Of a stretch of 39,098 bases of DNA, positions 36,502-39,098 are shown in pieces; the first letter of the stretch is position 1, and each line of letters begins with the position of its first letter. Both the position numbers and the translations under genes were made by a program. The notes under the pieces are model-generated. The model saw only the letters and a program-made list of their open reading frames with translations, had not been told where the DNA came from and searched no databases. The DNA lies in the IMG/VR virus record IMGVR_UViG_3300008255_000236, positions 1-39,098 of that record. One strand, 5' to 3'. The DNA is from a virus (Duplodnaviria > Caudoviricetes).

Positions 36502-37140
36502 ATGGAGTTATTTGGTCACGGCGGAAAATTGTTCGACAAGCTAGGTCTTCTGGCAACGCGAGACGTTGTGCCGCAGTTTGATCAATACGTTTCTGATCGG
36601 TGGTACTCTGAGCAATACAACGCAAGTTCATCCGTGGCCGTGCAAACAGCAGAACGCTTGTACGCACAACCTGTACGCATTCATAAGAAAGTAACCGTTA
36701 ATGCAATCGGCTTTGCTCGCGCTAATGGCGGGAGCGGTAGTGTTGCTAAGGGTGCTATTTACGATAATAGCGGTGCCGAGGGTGGCCCAGGCTCCTTAAT
36801 TGTTGCGCAAAACACTGAAATTGATACTACGAGTGGTACTGAACAGATTTTAACACTAGCGGACACTGTATTAAACCCAGGTATTTACTGGCTAGCTGTC
36901 GTACATAACTGGTCATCTTCTGCGCCGAACTTACAGCGCGCAAATACCGTCGTCGGTACAACTGAGTTTTTAGGTTCCGATAATATCACTGGTGCGATTG
37001 GCCAGTCTTCTTCTAATTCATTACATGGCGTTTATGCCGACATTACTTACGCTAACCTTCTGCCAGACCCGTTCCCATCGTTTACGGAAATGTACGGGAA
37101 CAGCGAGGGCGCCCCCATTCTCGCATTCCGAGTTGCTTAA
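36502..37140 (+). CDS. Putative virion protein (beta-sandwich)
   Basis: GAIYDN...PGSL...LNPGIYWLAV pattern; AAGGA RBS before ATG 36502. Confidence 0.6.
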   Translation: MELFGHGGKLFDKLGLLATRDVVPQFDQYVSDRWYSEQYNASSSVAVQTAERLYAQPVRIHKKVTVNAIGFARANGGSGSVAKGAIYDNSGAEGGPGSLIVAQNTEIDTTSGTEQILTLADTVLNPGIYWLAVVHNWSSSAPNLQRANTVVGTTEFLGSDNITGAIGQSSSNSLHGVYADITYANLLPDPFPSFTEMYGNSEGAPILAFRVA

Positions 37141-37213
37141 ATATCTGTATTATGGTTTAATTGAGTTGCCGCTGACTGCGGCACCCCGATAAATAACACA
37201 GGAGATAGGTACC

Positions 37214-38503
37214 ATGGCAAAGGTAGAATCCTTTTACCAGGTAAACGGCACGCTATCTGCGGCACTTGCGGCTGCAGGCACAATTACGTTGTCATACCCA
37301 GAAGGCACGGACGCTTCGACATTCCGCTTTAGTGCGGGTCACTCAATGGCTGTCCTCAACAACAACAACTACGTTTCACCGAAAGATTTTGAGCTAACTT
37401 TTGGCGCAAGCAATATTACGCTAACATGGCGCTCAAGCGTGACTTTGGCAGCTGGTAGTGATTTCAGCGTTCAACTTGAAACTGCCGGTGGCGGTGACAT
37501 TTTAGCTGAGAAACTTCCAAGCCGTCTTGGCCATCGTCAGCAGGCTCAACGTGCGCGTCAGCTGTACCCAGTCATTATGGACTTGGGTGCTCCTGACACA
37601 GCAGACCCCAACGGTATTTGTGAAAGCCAGTCTGTGACTGTTGCTACCAGTCCGTTGGCGGAACTAGATGGTGCTCTAGCAAACACTGCTGGTACTGTAG
37701 CCACATTTGACGTTCCTCGTAACGTCGTAGCTGCATGGACCGGCACGGCTGTACTGACTGTTACGGGTACTGACGAGTACGGTAACACTATGGTTGAGGC
37801 CAGCGCTTCTGGTACCAGTCTAACTGGTGCTAAAGCGTTCAAAACCGTTACTAGCCTGTCATTCAGCGCTGACGTAACGAGCATGACCGCAGGTACTGGT
37901 GAAGTTATTGGTTTACCAGTTTTCTTGCCAGACGAAAGTTTGGTTCGCGCTGTTATGTTGAACGGTAATGTAATCGACTTTGGTAATGGCCGTGTTGCTG
38001 TACCATTTGAGATTCCTGCGACCGAGTATGCTGCAGGTACATCAATCTTCGTAACTAGCCCTGTTGATGGCTTCATCGTAGGTGTCGAAACTGTAGTTAC
38101 CACTGCAACTACTGGTGACCAAACACTAACGGTTGAACTTGGTACAACTGCGGTTGACGGTCTAAGTGTGGCAATTGCTGGAAGTTCAGCAGTTGACACC
38201 AAAGATAGCGACACTGCGTCTTACCGCCACGCAACTGCTGCGGTTGATAAAGGTGATGGTATTGAGTTGGTTATCACCAGTACACCATCAGCTGGTGCTG
38301 TAAACGGCCACATCATCATTGAAACTGACGGTCCTACCGCTGGTACTTTGGTGGCAGGTGTGGATCTTGTTGCGACTGCAACGACAGGTGATGTACGCGG
38401 TACATTTACCCCAGAAGTAGTAGCAAACGGAACAAACCACTACCAACTGATTGCCGATCTGTTAGATCCAGGCTATCTTGGTGCTACCCAATACACAGGG
38501 TAG
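37214..38503 (+). CDS. Abundant virion protein (decoration or head-fibre candidate)
   Basis: T/A/G/V-rich; DVPRNV...VTGTDEYG...AFKTVTS; AGGAG RBS; capsid-like codon usage; followed by a terminator. Confidence 0.65.
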   Translation: MAKVESFYQVNGTLSAALAAAGTITLSYPEGTDASTFRFSAGHSMAVLNNNNYVSPKDFELTFGASNITLTWRSSVTLAAGSDFSVQLETAGGGDILAEKLPSRLGHRQQAQRARQLYPVIMDLGAPDTADPNGICESQSVTVATSPLAELDGALANTAGTVATFDVPRNVVAAWTGTAVLTVTGTDEYGNTMVEASASGTSLTGAKAFKTVTSLSFSADVTSMTAGTGEVIGLPVFLPDESLVRAVMLNGNVIDFGNGRVAVPFEIPATEYAAGTSIFVTSPVDGFIVGVETVVTTATTGDQTLTVELGTTAVDGLSVAIAGSSAVDTKDSDTASYRHATAAVDKGDGIELVITSTPSAGAVNGHIIIETDGPTAGTLVAGVDLVATATTGDVRGTFTPEVVANGTNHYQLIADLLDPGYLGATQYTG

Positions 38504-38518
38504 GTTTCTCGTCCGACT

Positions 38519-38550
38519 AAAAAACCCCTTCCGCTATGGAGGGGGTTTTT
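38519..38550. terminator. Intrinsic terminator ending the late operon
   Basis: A6-CCCCTTCC-gctat-GGAGGGGG-T5. Confidence 0.85.
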
Positions 38551-38571
38551 GTTTTCGTGTATAGTGAAGTT

Positions 38572-38663
38572 ACCCACTATGGTAGCGCAGTGGAAACTAA
38601 GCGCGGGCAACTGGCTTTACCTACGGCCACCCTTCCTGCCTGGACACCTACGGTGGGTTTTTT
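38572..38663 (+). ncRNA. Candidate structured small RNA (~90 nt)
   Basis: TATAGT at 38560-38565; closing stem ACCCAC/GTGGGT then T6; two internal hairpins. Confidence 0.45.
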
Positions 38664-39098
38664 ACAACCTAATGACGTTTGGATCTTGCGGCGCACTGCC
38701 AACTGCAATCTGCGCAGCCTCAGCAAGCCACTGTTCAGAAATCTCCGGCTTTTCTACAATAACCGTAATACTGCCATGGTAGCCCCAGACTTTCGTAACC
38801 CTGCCATCCGCAACTTGTTTATCATCTAGGTTTTTAGCATTGCCTTTGCCGTAGTTGATAGCGTCAAGCAGTCCTTTTTCAAGGTTGTCCTTGTCAGGGG
38901 TTTGTTGGTGGATAGTTCCGCACATCGCCGCTTTCTTTTTTTTGCTCCATGAATTCGGCATTGGCATGACAAAGACCAGTCGGTAGCCGTAGTTCGGTAC
39001 AATAATTCCCCGCAATTGCACCTCCTCACGGAAGGACTTGAATTTACGGACGCGAGGGGACGGATCAAAAGTGTCACGCCTGCTCATGCGGGGCGCTG
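38662..39098 (-). CDS. rusA: RusA-family Holliday junction resolvase (true start at 41, across the junction)
   Basis: PMPNSWSKKKK; PDKDNLEKGLLDA; DDKQV; the junction adds MKTYPIMGVPAPR. Confidence 0.88.
   Translation of the reverse strand, partial: APRMSRRDTFDPSPRVRKFKSFREEVQLRGIIVPNYGYRLVFVMPMPNSWSKKKKAAMCGTIHQQTPDKDNLEKGLLDAINYGKGNAKNLDDKQVADGRVTKVWGYHGSITVIVEKPEISEQWLAEAAQIAVGSAPQDPNVIRL
39086..39098. repeat. Terminal direct repeat, right copy
   Basis: Identical to 1-13. Confidence 0.9.

Noticed and set aside
37558-38214. 218-aa antisense ORF, and similar ones opposite the capsid and nozzle genes
   Set aside because: These are expected from biased codon usage of the sense genes and lack an RBS or motifs.
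38581-38610. tRNA, suggested by the D-arm-like TAGCGCAGTGG...AGCGC
   Set aside because: No TTCRA T-loop, no 7-nt anticodon arm and no CCA end. HDV and hammerhead cores were not found either. Kept only as an ncRNA candidate.

Overview
Apparently complete, circularly assembled ~39.1-kb tailed phage genome with podovirus-type morphogenesis genes. The first 13 nt recur at the end, and two minus-strand ORFs (including rusA) read through the junction. Layout: a standalone TerD-like gene; a leftward early operon (Lar, an Ala-rich tetrapeptide-repeat protein, a RecT/Bet-like annealing protein, many small hypotheticals); a probable TerS followed by a dif-like XerC/D site and a putative packaging region; a lambdoid-type initiator, helicase loader and DNA methyltransferase; a leftward block with an HNH-like nuclease, a LapG/C93-like lipoprotein protease and HTH regulators; a RecE-like exonuclease; a divergent Hfq; then a rightward late block (tailspike, TerL, portal, scaffold, capsid, adaptor, nozzle, ejection proteins, lysis genes, extra virion proteins), a candidate structured small RNA, and RusA. 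I recognised no integrase, DNA or RNA polymerase, Par system, tRNA or CRISPR array. The Hfq resembles alphaproteobacterial Hfq, which hints at the host (inference). Most notable: (1) a phage Hfq with an intact distal face but degenerate proximal and rim faces, possibly paired with a phage sRNA; (2) a near-consensus dif site in an integrase-less tailed phage; (3) further host-like proteins or motifs (LapG-like protease, TerD, a chemoreceptor-tip-like motif). All calls come from reading motifs by eye; no searches were run.
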